Positions 63,338 to 64,000 of a DNA stretch of 64,000 nt are shown here, in pieces. Made by a program: the position numbers and the translations under genes. Location: positions 186,001 to 250,000 of IMG/VR virus record IMGVR_UViG_3300033995_001164; one strand, 5' to 3'. A model generated the notes under the pieces. It had not been told where the DNA came from and did no database searches. It saw nothing but the letters and a program-made list of their open reading frames with translations. The stretch's first letter is position 1. Each line of letters begins with the position of its first letter.

Positions 63338-63385
63338 ATATGTTAAAATATCTCAAAAGACAATATTTTTATCACTAAATCGCAT

Positions 63386-63412
63386 AAAAAACCCCTCCGG
63401 TTAGAGGGGTTT
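63386..63412 (-). terminator. Intrinsic terminator
   Basis: AAACCCCTC-CGGTTA-GAGGGGTTT. Confidence 0.65.
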
Positions 63413-63424
63413 ATTAAATTAGTT

Positions 63425-64000
63425 TTAAAGTTTAATATCACCACCAACATTAATCATTTTTCTTATTTCGTTTTCATTATGTTTTTTAGATAATGGTGTT
63501 TGCATAATATTTAAATTTTCTCCCACACTTTTTAATTCACCAAAAGTCTTAATTGGGCAATTTTGGATAAATAAATTTTCTACCGATTCTAATTTCCCCA
63601 AAGACTTTAAATTAAGGCAATTCATAATTCTTATATATTTTGCCGATTTTATATTACCCAAAGATTCTAAATTAGGACAATGTTGGATATCTATCATTTC
63701 GGCGAATGTTACAACACCTAAATTTTCAATTGATGTCTCAGAAATCACTAAAATATTTACATATTTTAACATATTTAATGATTTTAAATTAGGACAATTA
63801 CGAATTTCTAACGATGTAACACTTTTTAAGTTTTCTAAAGATTTAAAATTACAATTATTTAATACAAGTCTTCCATCAACTGATGTTAAATCACCTAAAG
63901 TATTGGTTGAGTTAAGAATTAAATCTCCTTTAGACCCATCTTTAATATATTTTTGTATTTTCTTTTGTTCAGCGATTTGATGATTTTTAGAACGTTCCCC
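63425..64000 (-). CDS. Leucine-rich-repeat protein, 5'-truncated by the window
   Basis: Frame open to base 64000; repeats such as CPNLKSL, LESLGNIKSA, LKSLGKLESV, IKTFGELKSV. Confidence 0.75.
   Translation of the reverse strand, partial: GERSKNHQIAEQKKIQKYIKDGSKGDLILNSTNTLGDLTSVDGRLVLNNCNFKSLENLKSVTSLEIRNCPNLKSLNMLKYVNILVISETSIENLGVVTFAEMIDIQHCPNLESLGNIKSAKYIRIMNCLNLKSLGKLESVENLFIQNCPIKTFGELKSVGENLNIMQTPLSKKHNENEIRKMINVGGDIKL

Noticed and set aside
1-64000. Stop-codon reassignment or suppressor tRNA
   Set aside because: Core genes are intact under code 11, and no CTA, TTA or TCA anticodon was found.

Overview
This AT-rich 64-kb window is part of a T4-like jumbo tailed phage genome read in the standard genetic code. 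The host is most likely Bacteroidota: many genes carry the TTTG-N19-20-TAnnTTTG promoter, and the tmRNA resume context is Bacteroidota-like. It has three main parts. (1) 1-26.4 kb is a head/baseplate block: portal with an HNH intein, large terminase, prohead protease, scaffold, major capsid, plus a large family of proteins sharing an N-terminal leader that ends in (L/I/V)-x-E|Q. (2) 27-41 kb and 57-64 kb hold accessory and virion genes, including ClpC, a two-UVR protein, ClpP, an M20/M28 peptidase, a tmRNA with an unusually long tag, two HAD phosphatases and a ferritin-like protein. (3) 41.5-56.8 kb is a minus-strand RNA region with 27 tRNAs covering all 20 amino acids (Thr tentative). These are interleaved with at least six tRNA-shaped RNAs whose anticodon arm is replaced, a two-copy pseudoknotted RNA, about ten other stem-closed structured elements, and three HNH endonuclease genes that abut RNA genes. 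Inside this region (49.1-50.5 kb) is a small reverse-orientation integron: an internally deleted tyrosine recombinase, an attI-like site, three complete attC sites and one truncated one. Each cassette's two ends are complementary, as expected for integron cassettes. All structures and family calls were made by eye; no database or covariance-model searches were run.
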